A stretch of DNA of 64,000 nt, taken from Chloroflexota bacterium (GTDB lineage: Bacteria > Chloroflexota > UBA11872 > VXNJ01). The DNA is taken from contig OZ242304.1 in NCBI GenBank assembly GCA_965207915.1, forward strand, positions 406,196 to 470,195. Reading direction: 5' to 3'. Shown one piece after another: positions 47,379 to 56,405 of the stretch (position 1 is its first letter; the number at the start of each line of letters is the position of its first letter). The position numbers and the translations under genes were made by a program. The notes under the pieces were generated by a model that searched no databases, was not told the DNA's origin, and saw only the letters and a program-made list of their open reading frames with translations.

Positions 47379-47917
47379 AGCAAGCGAACCGTCCGTCGCG
47401 CATCTGGCTGGTCGGCCTTTCCGGATCCGGCAAGTCGACCGTCGCCCGTGAACTGGCGGCCCTGCTGGACTGGCGCGTCTTGGATTCTGACCAGGAAATC
47501 AGGAACCTGGCAGGGATGGATATACCCGAGATATTCGATGTCCTCGGCGAAGACCACTTTCGCGAGATGGAACGGTCGATTGCGGCCCGCGCCGCCGAGG
47601 CCTGCCGGGTCGTCGTCGCGACCGGCGGGGGGCAGATGGCCAACGGCTGTCTGGCCGAAGTTATGCTGGGCAGCGGTGCGGTCGTTTACCTGCGAGCGCG
47701 CCCGCGGACCTGCGCCTCTCGCTTGGCGACTCAGCTCGGCACCGAGGGGCGTCCGATGCTGGGCGGGGAAGGCAGTCTCACCAAGAAGCTCGACAGCCTG
47801 CTCAAGCGCCGCCGGCCGATATACGAGTCGGCGCACCACAGTCTGGACGTTGACGGTACCGAACCGCGCCGCCTCGCAATGAACATCAGGGAGATGCTCG
47901 ATGCTGACCCAGCCTGA
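47375..47917 (+). CDS. aroK: shikimate kinase
   Basis: 180 aa; P-loop GLSGSGKST, ...VVATGGG. Confidence 0.9.
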   Translation: MKQANRPSRIWLVGLSGSGKSTVARELAALLDWRVLDSDQEIRNLAGMDIPEIFDVLGEDHFREMERSIAARAAEACRVVVATGGGQMANGCLAEVMLGSGAVVYLRARPRTCASRLATQLGTEGRPMLGGEGSLTKKLDSLLKRRRPIYESAHHSLDVDGTEPRRLAMNIREMLDADPA

Positions 47918-48977
47918 CGGGTACACACCCGAGTACGTGGCCATCGGGCAGGGAATCCTGGACGACCTCGGAAGGGAGCTGGCGCTGCGCGGGGTGGAGC
48001 CCGCCGCCGCGTTCCTGATCGGGGACGAATCAGTCGACGCCCATTACGGGGACCGCGTCGCAAGCGCGCTCGAGGAAGCAGGATGGCGTGTTTGGCGCCG
48101 GACGGTCCCGGCCGGCGAGGAGAGCAAATCAGTGGCCGCCGCCGAGCAGCTGTGGCAGTGGCTGCTCCGTTGTCGCGCCGAGCGCTCAGACCTGATAGTG
48201 GCCCTCGGCGGCGGCGTGGTGGGAGACCTGGCCGGATTCGTGGCCGCCACTTGGGGACGCGGTATTGCCTGGGCGCAGGTGGCTACCACCCTGCTCGCCC
48301 AGGTTGATTCCAGCATCGGCGGCAAGGTCGCGGTCGACCTGCCCGGCGGCAAGAACATGGTCGGCTCATTCCACAATCCGGTGCTCTCGCTCCTGGACAC
48401 CCTGACCCTGCAAACCCTGCCGCAGCGCGACCTTGCCTCCGGGTGGGTGGAGGCGATCAAGCACGGATTAATCCGCGACGCTGCCTATCTGGCCGAACTC
48501 GAACGGGCCCCGTTCGACCTCCGCGATCCGGAAATGCTGGAACTGGCGGTGCGAAATTCGGTGCGCATCAAGTCCGAGGTTGTTGTCAACGACCCCTTCG
48601 ACCGCGGGCTGCGGGCAGTGCTCAATTACGGCCACACGGTCGGGCACGCGATCGAAACCCTCGGCCAATATCGCCGTCACCGTCACGGCGAAGCGGTCGC
48701 GATCGGGATGGCCGCCGCCGGATACATCTCGACCAAGCTCACCGGCCTCGGAAACGACGAGCTGGAACGTCAGAACGCGTTACTTAAGGCCTGCGGCATC
48801 GAACTTGCGGCTTCGGGCTTTGCGGCCGCCGAAGTCGTGACAGCGATGCAGGCGGACAAGAAGTCGGCCGGCGGACGCCCACGCTGGGTGCTGCTGGAGG
48901 AGCTGGGGACGGCCAGCGCCGGTCATTCCGTCGATGACACGCTGGTGCGCGAAGCGCTGGCCGCCATCGGCATTTGA
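47901..48977 (+). CDS. aroB: 3-dehydroquinate synthase
   Basis: 358 aa; ALGGGVVGDLAGF, metal-binding HGHTVGHAIE. Confidence 0.92.
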   Translation: MLTQPDGYTPEYVAIGQGILDDLGRELALRGVEPAAAFLIGDESVDAHYGDRVASALEEAGWRVWRRTVPAGEESKSVAAAEQLWQWLLRCRAERSDLIVALGGGVVGDLAGFVAATWGRGIAWAQVATTLLAQVDSSIGGKVAVDLPGGKNMVGSFHNPVLSLLDTLTLQTLPQRDLASGWVEAIKHGLIRDAAYLAELERAPFDLRDPEMLELAVRNSVRIKSEVVVNDPFDRGLRAVLNYGHTVGHAIETLGQYRRHRHGEAVAIGMAAAGYISTKLTGLGNDELERQNALLKACGIELAASGFAAAEVVTAMQADKKSAGGRPRWVLLEELGTASAGHSVDDTLVREALAAIGI

Positions 48978-49058
48978 CGCCAAGCCCCCTAGAATTTTCG
49001 CGGCCGGTGCTGGCAATCCCCGAATAGTTGCAACCCAACCGCTAAGAGGCCTGCGAAC

Positions 49059-49919
49059 TTGGAGCAATTCGGCTCCTTTCTGGCAATAGTCATCGCGCTG
49101 CTGGGCGCCTTCGCCGCGGCGGTGTGGGTGGCGGCCATCTTCTGGGCGTTCAACGATGTCCGCGGGCGAACGCTCGACATCTACGTACGCCTGTTCGCGA
49201 CGCTGCTGGTCGCGGTCCTAGGCCCGGCCGGAGTGGTCCTTTACCTGATCCTGCGTCCTCCCGAAACCCTCGACAGCGTATACGTGCGGGCCCTGAACGA
49301 AGAAGCGATCCTGCGTGAATTGGAAGCCGGTACGCGACGGCCCGGACCGGTCCCCGAGCCCGGCGGCGGCACCGGACCGGTAATCGTTCCCTTCCGCGGG
49401 CACGTTCCCCAGATCGATCCGGAAGCGTGGGTGGCGCCGGGCGCCGTAATCGTCGGCCAGGTAACCCTCGAGCGGGGGGTCACCGTCTGGTACAACGCGG
49501 TAATCCGGGCCGACCACGAGCCGATTTCGGTCGGCGCCGGATCCAACATCCAGGACGGCGCGGTCCTGCACATCGAACATGGGCAGCCGGTCGTGATCGG
49601 CCGCAACGTAACCGTGGGTCATGGCGCCATAGTGCACAGCGCAACCATCGAGGACGGCGCACTGATCGGGATGGGCTCGACGGTCCTGGACGGGTCGCGC
49701 ATCGGCGAGCGAGCGGTGGTGGGTGCCAACGCGCTCGTGACTCAGAACACCACCTGCCCGCCCGCATCGCTGCTGCTTGGGGTACCGGCCAAGGTCGTTG
49801 GCCAGGTCCGGCCCGAGCAGATCGACTACATGCGGCGCAACGCCGCCGAATACAGCCAGCTGGGCGCCGAAAACCTGGCCGGCGGGGACCAGGGCATGGC
49901 CGGTAGCGAACCGCGTTGA
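49059..49919 (+). CDS. fusion protein: N-terminal PLDc_N-type two-helix membrane domain plus gamma-carbonic-anhydrase/hexapeptide (left-handed beta-helix) domain
   Basis: N-terminus W..FNDVRGR...YLILRPPE resembles the PLDc_N two-TM module; C-terminus ...VPFRGHVPQIDPEAWVAPGAVIVGQV...VWYNAVIRADHEPISVGAGSNIQDGAVLH is the canonical gamma-CA/YrdA/PaaY fold. No internal start codon separates the two parts. Confidence 0.65.
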   Translation: MEQFGSFLAIVIALLGAFAAAVWVAAIFWAFNDVRGRTLDIYVRLFATLLVAVLGPAGVVLYLILRPPETLDSVYVRALNEEAILRELEAGTRRPGPVPEPGGGTGPVIVPFRGHVPQIDPEAWVAPGAVIVGQVTLERGVTVWYNAVIRADHEPISVGAGSNIQDGAVLHIEHGQPVVIGRNVTVGHGAIVHSATIEDGALIGMGSTVLDGSRIGERAVVGANALVTQNTTCPPASLLLGVPAKVVGQVRPEQIDYMRRNAAEYSQLGAENLAGGDQGMAGSEPR

Positions 49920-50161
49920 AAGTGCGGGTGCTCTACTTTGCCCAATTGGCGGAAATCGTCGGACTGCGCGAGGAGATCTTCGACCTTGAACCGGGCGCCA
50001 CGACGGGGCTGCTTTTTCGCCGCATTGGCATCGACCATCCCGGTGTCGGCGAACTGAAGGGGTCGTTGCGGCTGGCGCTCAACTGTCAATTCGTCAACGA
50101 TTCCGAACCACTTAGCGATGGCGATGAATTCGCCTTGATTCCGCCGGTCAGCGGTGGCTGA
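49916..50161 (+). CDS. MoaD/ThiS-family sulfur-carrier protein (C-terminal GG)
   Basis: 81 aa ending ...IPPVSGG; ubiquitin-like beta-grasp; ATGA overlap with the upstream gene. Confidence 0.75.
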   Translation: MKVRVLYFAQLAEIVGLREEIFDLEPGATTGLLFRRIGIDHPGVGELKGSLRLALNCQFVNDSEPLSDGDEFALIPPVSGG

Positions 50162-50846
50162 CCTGGTGCGCGTGGAGCTCCACGCGCACACCTGGTGGTC
50201 GGGTGACTGCGGGGTCAGTCCTCGCGATTTATGTCAAGCCGCCCGCGATGCCGGGATTGACGTCCTGGCGGTCACCGACCACAACCAGATCGGCGGCGCT
50301 TTCGAGGCCCGCGATTGCGGGATAGTCGATGTGATCGTGGGCGAGGAAATTCGTACCGACCGCGGTGAGTTGCTGGCCTACTTCCTCAAGGAGTGGATCC
50401 CGCCGTGGCTGCCGCCGATTGAGACGATCGCGCGCATCCGCGACCAGGGCGGGGTAGTTTCGATCCCGCACCCGCTCGACCGGGACCGCAACAGCACGCT
50501 CGCGGCCGATCAGCTGGATGCGGTCGTTCCGCTGCTGGACATGGTCGAGGTATTCAATTCGCGGGTAATCAAACCGGACCGCAACCGCCGGGCTTCGGAA
50601 TTGTGCCTGCGCAATGGCAAGATTCCCGCAGTGGGATCGGACGCCCACACGCGTGGAGAAGTCGGCAACAGCTGGCAGGAAATTCACGAATTCGACGGAC
50701 CGCAGCAGTTCCTCGCCGCCATGCAGGATGCGCGCCTGAACACCCGGCGCGCGTCGCCGTTGGCGCGAATCGCGTCCAACTGGCAGAAGGTTCGCAAGCG
50801 GATGTTCGGGCCGGACGTGGCCGAACTGGCCGGCACCGGCCGCTGA
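50154..50846 (+). CDS. PHP-domain metal-dependent phosphoesterase (TrpH/YciV-like)
   Basis: 230 aa; VELHAHTWWSGD...VLAVTDHNQIGG...GEEI PHP motifs; overlaps the moaD-like gene by 8 bp. Confidence 0.75.
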   Translation: MADLVRVELHAHTWWSGDCGVSPRDLCQAARDAGIDVLAVTDHNQIGGAFEARDCGIVDVIVGEEIRTDRGELLAYFLKEWIPPWLPPIETIARIRDQGGVVSIPHPLDRDRNSTLAADQLDAVVPLLDMVEVFNSRVIKPDRNRRASELCLRNGKIPAVGSDAHTRGEVGNSWQEIHEFDGPQQFLAAMQDARLNTRRASPLARIASNWQKVRKRMFGPDVAELAGTGR

Positions 50847-50858
50847 ACCGGCGCCGGT

Positions 50859-51452
50859 TCAGCCGGTGCTGCGGCGTACGTGCAGGATCCGCTGCAGGGC
50901 GGTGAAATTGGTCACCGCGGCCAGGACCCAGACCGCCGCCAACAGGATCCAGTCGGCAACCACGGCCGCCGCCACCAGGGAGAGTCCGAGAATGAGCAAC
51001 CGTTCGGGGCGCTGCAGAAAGCCGACTTTGCATTCCAGCCCCAAACCCTCGGCGCGGGCGCGGCAATAGCTGACCATCAACGAACCGCTGATTGCCAGCA
51101 GCGATCCGAATACCCCCCAGTGCCCGGATGACTGGGCATAGTGCCAGGAGAGTCCTGCGAAGAAAAAAATCTCTACGTAGCGGTCGAGCACGGAATCCAG
51201 AAACGCCCCAAACCGGCTGGCACTGCCTTGCAGTCGGGCCAGCGCGCCATCGAGCGAATCCAGCGCCGTCGCCGGGAGAAGGACTATGCCGGCCCAGAGG
51301 TGGTAATCGAACGCGATCAGCAAGGCCGGGACCACATTGAGGGCCGATCCGAAAATCGTGATCGAGTTGGGCGTCAAAGGCGTGCGGTCCACGATCCGGG
51401 CCAGACCCGTCATCAGCTTTCTGAACCGCTCCTGCAGCCGGGACCAGCTCAA
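50859..51452 (-). CDS. pgsA: CDP-alcohol phosphatidyltransferase (phosphatidylinositol-phosphate synthase-like)
   Basis: 197 aa multi-TM; D(x)2DG(x)2AR...G(x)3D(x)3D motif (DSLDGALARLQGSASRFGAFLDSVLDR). Confidence 0.8.
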   Translation of the reverse strand: MSWSRLQERFRKLMTGLARIVDRTPLTPNSITIFGSALNVVPALLIAFDYHLWAGIVLLPATALDSLDGALARLQGSASRFGAFLDSVLDRYVEIFFFAGLSWHYAQSSGHWGVFGSLLAISGSLMVSYCRARAEGLGLECKVGFLQRPERLLILGLSLVAAAVVADWILLAAVWVLAAVTNFTALQRILHVRRSTG

Positions 51453-52675
51453 TTCCCGATCGCCCTGCCGGCAGTGGGTCCCAGGTTTTCGGATTGGATG
51501 CGCGAGCGGGCGCGCAGGAGTTCGACATAGTAGTCGTACACCCGGGTAGCCACGACCTCCCAGGAGAAATCGTTGACCCGTTGGCGACCGGCGCGCCGGA
51601 AGCGGTCGGCGGTGCCCGGGTGCTGCAGCAGGCGCAGAATCCCACGGGCCAGGGCGCGTTTGTCATCGGGAGCGCAGTAGAGGACCGCGCTTCCGTCGGG
51701 TGAAACCGTCCGGTATCCGGGGATGTCCGAAGCGACCACCGGAGTTCCGGCGGCCATGCCTTCCATGAGCACTATCCCCTGGCTCTCGCGCGCCGAACCC
51801 TGGGCCGGCGCCACCAAAATGTCGGCCGACTGCAGATACGCGCGCTTTTCGTCTTCGGAGACGCGGCCGGTGAAGATCGTGTCCTGGATACCGGCCCGCT
51901 GCAGGCGCCGTCGCGCCCGCTGCAGTTGGCCCTGGTCGTAGGCACCGACCACCACCAGTCGCGCGTCGGGACGCAGACGTCGCACCGTAGCCATCGCATC
52001 CAGCAGCAGCGGCAGGCCCTTACGTTTTTCCATACGGCCGAGAAACATGATCGCCGGGCGCGAACCGGCCATTTCGGCGATCGGTTCGGCCGGGGTCCCG
52101 AACCACTCCGGGTCGATTCCGTTGGGGATGATCCGGTACTCGCCAGGGAACGCCCGCCAGACGAAGTCTCTGGCGGCGACCGAAACGGCTATCTTGCCGT
52201 CCAGGCGTCTGTGGAATCCCTCCAGCAACGGTTTGTAGGCACGGTAGACGGTCGAAGTCTTGCGGGTGGCGTGGAAAGTCCCGATGTTTATGGCGCTGGA
52301 GAGCCGCAGCACCTGGAGCGGCAACACCGGTGCCATCGGCTCGTGGATGTGGACGACGTCGAATCCGCCGTCCTCAGCGAGCTCGCGCTCGATCGCCGGC
52401 CGCATCCGCGGCGAAAGCGCCAGTCGCGCGATGGATCCGTTGCTGCGGACCGGTACGATCGTGCGCGAGATCCCGACCACGCCCGGGGTGTCCAGGTTGC
52501 CCACCGGCGCCGAGCTCGGGGCCATGATCTTGACGAAGTGACCGCGCCGCCTGAAGATCCGTGCCAGGTTCGAGATGTGGGCGCCGACCCCGCCCGGCAC
52601 CGCGAAATCGTACGGCGAGACGAGGCATACGCGCAGGCGCTCCGGGTCGGCCGGGCGACTAGGCGACTCGATCAC
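51449..52675 (-). CDS. GT4 glycosyltransferase, PimA-like (phosphatidylinositol mannosyltransferase candidate)
   Basis: 408 aa; N-terminal SPYDFAVPGGVGAHI, C-terminal E(x)7E GT4 motif (ESQGIVLMEGMAAGTPVV); coupled to pgsA. Confidence 0.75.
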   Translation of the reverse strand: MIESPSRPADPERLRVCLVSPYDFAVPGGVGAHISNLARIFRRRGHFVKIMAPSSAPVGNLDTPGVVGISRTIVPVRSNGSIARLALSPRMRPAIERELAEDGGFDVVHIHEPMAPVLPLQVLRLSSAINIGTFHATRKTSTVYRAYKPLLEGFHRRLDGKIAVSVAARDFVWRAFPGEYRIIPNGIDPEWFGTPAEPIAEMAGSRPAIMFLGRMEKRKGLPLLLDAMATVRRLRPDARLVVVGAYDQGQLQRARRRLQRAGIQDTIFTGRVSEDEKRAYLQSADILVAPAQGSARESQGIVLMEGMAAGTPVVASDIPGYRTVSPDGSAVLYCAPDDKRALARGILRLLQHPGTADRFRRAGRQRVNDFSWEVVATRVYDYYVELLRARSRIQSENLGPTAGRAIGN

Positions 52676-52691
52676 AGCCGTTGGACCGGGG

Positions 52692-53576
52692 TCAGCACTC
52701 GGACGCCGGCCAGAAGGTGCGGAACTGGTACCACTGGTCCGGGGCCGTGCGAATGAGGCGCTCGAGACTGGCGACGGTGGCCTGCAACAGTCGTTTCACC
52801 TCGGCCTCGCGGGGCGCCGACCGGTCAGGGATGATCGATTCGGCGACGCGCAGGATCGCCTGACCCGAACCGCCCCGGTAGACGACCAGAGGGACAATCT
52901 CGGCGTTGGTGCGTATCGCCAGCTTGGCGACCCCGGCCGGCAAGCGGGTGATCCGCCCGAACCAAGTGACCGGGACCCCGCCCTGCTCCAGCGGCCGATC
53001 GACCAGGATCGCCACCCGGCCGCCTTTCCGCAGGACAGAGAACATCTGCCGGATATCACGACGCATGTCCAATGATTTCATGCCCAGATGAACGCGCAGA
53101 CGCCGAAACACCTCGGTCATGCCGGGGTTGGCAAACGATTCCTGGACGACGTGGATCTCGGACAGCGAGGCGCCCCAGGAGGCGGCGGCATCCCAGGTCC
53201 CGAAATGGCAGGTGGCAACGATAACCGGCCCGTTGTAGGCGATGTGATGGGCGCGCTGGCGCGCCATCGGCGAATAAAAGTGCAACTGGCGATGCAGCTC
53301 GACCGGCGGGGCCAGGTAGGCTTCGGCCATCGAGAGGGCCTGCAACAGGAAGTTCTCGATCGACCGGCGGGCCAGGCGACGGACCGTATCGTCACCGGCC
53401 GCGGCCCCGAGCATGACGGCCATGTTGGAACTTGTCGACGCGCGCATCTTCGCCGACAGGCGGAAGACGATATGAGCGATCAGATTGACGACCGGACGCT
53501 TGATCGCCCAGGGGACCATGTTCGTCAGGCGGCAACCGGCTTCGAAAAGCATCAGCCAGGCCCAGCCTCGTGGCAT
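52692..53576 (-). CDS. LpxL/HtrB-family lipid acyltransferase (PatA-like)
   Basis: 294 aa; HFGTWD (HX4D-type) motif; sits in the pgsA-pimA-type locus. Confidence 0.75.
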   Translation of the reverse strand: MPRGWAWLMLFEAGCRLTNMVPWAIKRPVVNLIAHIVFRLSAKMRASTSSNMAVMLGAAAGDDTVRRLARRSIENFLLQALSMAEAYLAPPVELHRQLHFYSPMARQRAHHIAYNGPVIVATCHFGTWDAAASWGASLSEIHVVQESFANPGMTEVFRRLRVHLGMKSLDMRRDIRQMFSVLRKGGRVAILVDRPLEQGGVPVTWFGRITRLPAGVAKLAIRTNAEIVPLVVYRGGSGQAILRVAESIIPDRSAPREAEVKRLLQATVASLERLIRTAPDQWYQFRTFWPASEC

Positions 53577-55117
53577 CAGTTGGCCACTTCGACCGCACGG
53601 GTTTCTCTGATTACTGTCACCCGCACCTGCCCCGGATTGGTCATTTCGGCCTCGACTTCGGCAGCAATTTCGCGCGCGATCCGCAGCGCGCCCAGCTCGT
53701 CCACATCCCCTGGATCGACCGCGATCCGCAATTCGCGCCCGGCTTGCAGGGCGAAGGAATTGACCACTCCATCATGCGAATTGGCGATCTGCTCCAAAGC
53801 TTCCAATCGCTTGATGAACAGTTCGCTGGTTTCGCGCCGGGCTCCCGGCCGCGATGAGGAAATCGCGTCCGCGGCCGCGACAACGAAGGCTTCCGCCGAC
53901 GCCGGATAGACGTCGAAGTGATGGGCTTCGATGGAGTGCGCGATCGACTCGTCCACCCCGTACCGGCGGCAGCGCTGAGCGCCGATCTGGGCATGCTTGC
54001 CATCCACTTCGTGCGAAAGCGCCTTGCCGACGTCGTGCAGCAGGCCGCCGGCCCGGGCAACCTTGCTGTCGGCGCCCATTTCGCCGGCCAGCACGCCGGC
54101 CAGGTGGGCAACCTCGACCGAGTGCGAAAGCACGTTCTGACCGTAACTCTGCCGGTAATTGAGCTGGCCGAGCAGGAGCACCAGCTCCTGGTGCAGCTTG
54201 GGCACCTTGGCTTCGAAGCACGCGCGTTCGCCGGCTTCGCGGATTGACTTGCGGACCGCTACGCGGGCGCGGTTGAAATGCTGTTCGATGCTGACCGGGT
54301 GGACGCGACCGTCCTCGATCAGGCTCGAGAGCGTGCGGCGGGCGATTTCGCGCCGAATCGGGTCGTGCGAGGAGAGAGTCACGGTCTCGGGGGTGTCGTC
54401 GATCAGGAGATCCACCCCGGTGATGGCTTCGAACGCCCTGATGTTGCGTCCTTCGCGACCGATGATCTGGCCCTTGGACTCATCGCCGGGGAGCTTCACG
54501 GCCGACGTGGTTGAGCTCTGGGTTACCGCGGAAGCCACCCGCTGAAGGCTGTTGGAAACCAGCCAGCGCGCCCGGAGATCGGCTTCCTGCCGGGCCTGCT
54601 CTTCGGCCCCGCGCACGATCTGATCGGCCAGTTCGCGAGATTCCTCGGTCACCTTCTCCATCAGCTGGGTTCGGGCCTGGGCGTGGGTCAACTGGGCAAC
54701 CTCTTCCAGGCGGACAGCGTGATCCGCCTGGCGCTCGCTCAACTGCTTCTGCTGCTCGGCCAGGTCCGACTCGCGTCGCAGCAATTCCTGTTCGCGCTTT
54801 TCGAGATTCTCGGAGCGGCGGTCCAGCCGCTGCTCGCGCCGCTTGGCCTCGCGGTTGCGCTGCCGGATTTCTCCCCGCTGGTCGCTGGCCTGCTTTTCGA
54901 CGTTTTTGCGGAGCGCGTTGGCCTGGTTGGTCGCCTCGGCAATCAGCTCGCGCTGTTTTTGCTCAACCTTGGCGAGTTCGGATTCAAGATTTAGTGCGAA
55001 TACGTCCGCCTGGCGGCGCGCAATGAGCATCTGCAGCAGGTATCCGCCGGCGAGCGCGATCAATGCCACTGCCGCGATCAGGAAGACGATCGCGACCCAG
55101 TTGTCTAGCAAAGACAT
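53576..55117 (-). CDS. rny: ribonuclease Y
   Basis: 513 aa; N-terminal TM helix, coiled coil, KH domain and HD domain (HDVGK...H). Confidence 0.9.
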   Translation of the reverse strand: MSLLDNWVAIVFLIAAVALIALAGGYLLQMLIARRQADVFALNLESELAKVEQKQRELIAEATNQANALRKNVEKQASDQRGEIRQRNREAKRREQRLDRRSENLEKREQELLRRESDLAEQQKQLSERQADHAVRLEEVAQLTHAQARTQLMEKVTEESRELADQIVRGAEEQARQEADLRARWLVSNSLQRVASAVTQSSTTSAVKLPGDESKGQIIGREGRNIRAFEAITGVDLLIDDTPETVTLSSHDPIRREIARRTLSSLIEDGRVHPVSIEQHFNRARVAVRKSIREAGERACFEAKVPKLHQELVLLLGQLNYRQSYGQNVLSHSVEVAHLAGVLAGEMGADSKVARAGGLLHDVGKALSHEVDGKHAQIGAQRCRRYGVDESIAHSIEAHHFDVYPASAEAFVVAAADAISSSRPGARRETSELFIKRLEALEQIANSHDGVVNSFALQAGRELRIAVDPGDVDELGALRIAREIAAEVEAEMTNPGQVRVTVIRETRAVEVAN

Positions 55118-55274
55118 GGGGTATTCCTCGATGTCGGTCGCGATGACGCGCCGCCGCAGGCGCCGGACGGACCGGGCGCCGCCCGGTGATGCGGGCCGAG
55201 GGATTCTGTTGTTGAATCGGAGGCGAGAGTGTCATCGTGGAGGCCCTGCAGGCCCCGGTTGTTATCTGCCGCGA

Positions 55275-56405
55275 TTATCCACTTTTGGCCGCCTGGCTCC
55301 GGCCGCGGTCGTCAAGGAACCTGGCGTAGAAGCTGGCGCTGGCTTCGGCAACGCTGACGTGGGTGAAGTTGTCCAGTACCCGGCGCCGGCCGGCCCTCCC
55401 GTAATGGCTGCGCAGGCCGGGCGAGCGTAGTCGATCCAGTGACCGGGCCAACGCCCCGGGGTCGGCCTGCGGGACGATCAGTCCGGCTTCGCCAATGACC
55501 AGCGGGATGGCGCCCGAATCCGAACCGACGACTACCCGCTCGCAAGCCATGGCCTCAACCAGCACCCTGCCGAACTGTTCCATCCAATTGGACCGATCCA
55601 GCGAGGGCAGCACCAACACCTGGACGGAGTTGAGGAATTCGGGCATTTGGCCCGAATCGAATCGGCCCAGGATCTCTATCCGGCCGGCCAGCGGCCCGTC
55701 CGTGCCGGCGCGGCGCAATTCACCGACCAGCGGCCCGGTGCCGGCGAAGCGCAGGCGCGGCGCCGGATCGAGCATCGCCGCGGCCTGCAACAGCGTGGTC
55801 AATCCCTTCTCCGGCACCAGTCGGCCGGCGTAGCCGACCACCAGTTCTTCGCCGGCCGCTGCACCGCCGCCGGCGGATGAAAACGTTTCCGGGTCGATTC
55901 CGAACTGCGGAATGGTCGCCAGCGGGCCAGCGAACCCCTTCGTGCGCAGCACCCGGGCCGCCTGCTCGGTGCCGGCAATAGCGCCGCAGGTGCGGTAGCA
56001 ATAGCGCTCGACCAGCGAAAACGGCGGCGGGTAGCGCCGCAGCAGGTTCTGCCAAGCGAAAAACAGGCTGGGAATTCGACGCCGGCGCGCGGCGAAAGCG
56101 GCCAACCCGGCGGCCAGGTTGTAGGGCTCCTCGTCAATGTGCAAGAGGTCCGGACGGAGCCGGTCCAGCAGGCGACCGAGCCCCGGGAAATGGTGCAGGT
56201 GAAAACGCCCGTTAAAGCGACAGTCCAAGAAGTAAAACCGGTATCCGTCCGGGTCGCCCGGCTCGTGTTCCTGCCGCTCCTGACCTTCACCCCAGTGACG
56301 CGGCCCAACGGCGGCGACATCGAGGCCGGGCTGGGCGGACAGAGCGGTCAGCTTCTTGCGGTACTCGCGCGCCAGGAAAGCTTTTGAGAGGAGCAGTACC
56401 TTCAT
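55275..56405 (-). CDS. GT4 glycosyltransferase
   Basis: Start set at MKVLLLSKAF (ATG overlapping the upstream gene's TGA); C-terminal GT4 EX7E region (VEAMACERVVVGSDSGAIP). Confidence 0.75.
   Translation of the reverse strand: MKVLLLSKAFLAREYRKKLTALSAQPGLDVAAVGPRHWGEGQERQEHEPGDPDGYRFYFLDCRFNGRFHLHHFPGLGRLLDRLRPDLLHIDEEPYNLAAGLAAFAARRRRIPSLFFAWQNLLRRYPPPFSLVERYCYRTCGAIAGTEQAARVLRTKGFAGPLATIPQFGIDPETFSSAGGGAAAGEELVVGYAGRLVPEKGLTTLLQAAAMLDPAPRLRFAGTGPLVGELRRAGTDGPLAGRIEILGRFDSGQMPEFLNSVQVLVLPSLDRSNWMEQFGRVLVEAMACERVVVGSDSGAIPLVIGEAGLIVPQADPGALARSLDRLRSPGLRSHYGRAGRRRVLDNFTHVSVAEASASFYARFLDDRGRSQAAKSG

Noticed and set aside
49320-49380. Possible internal start separating the membrane domain and the gamma-CA domain into two genes
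   Set aside because: Only a weak TTG without an RBS is available. The reading frame is continuous, so it is treated as a genuine fusion, though not proven.
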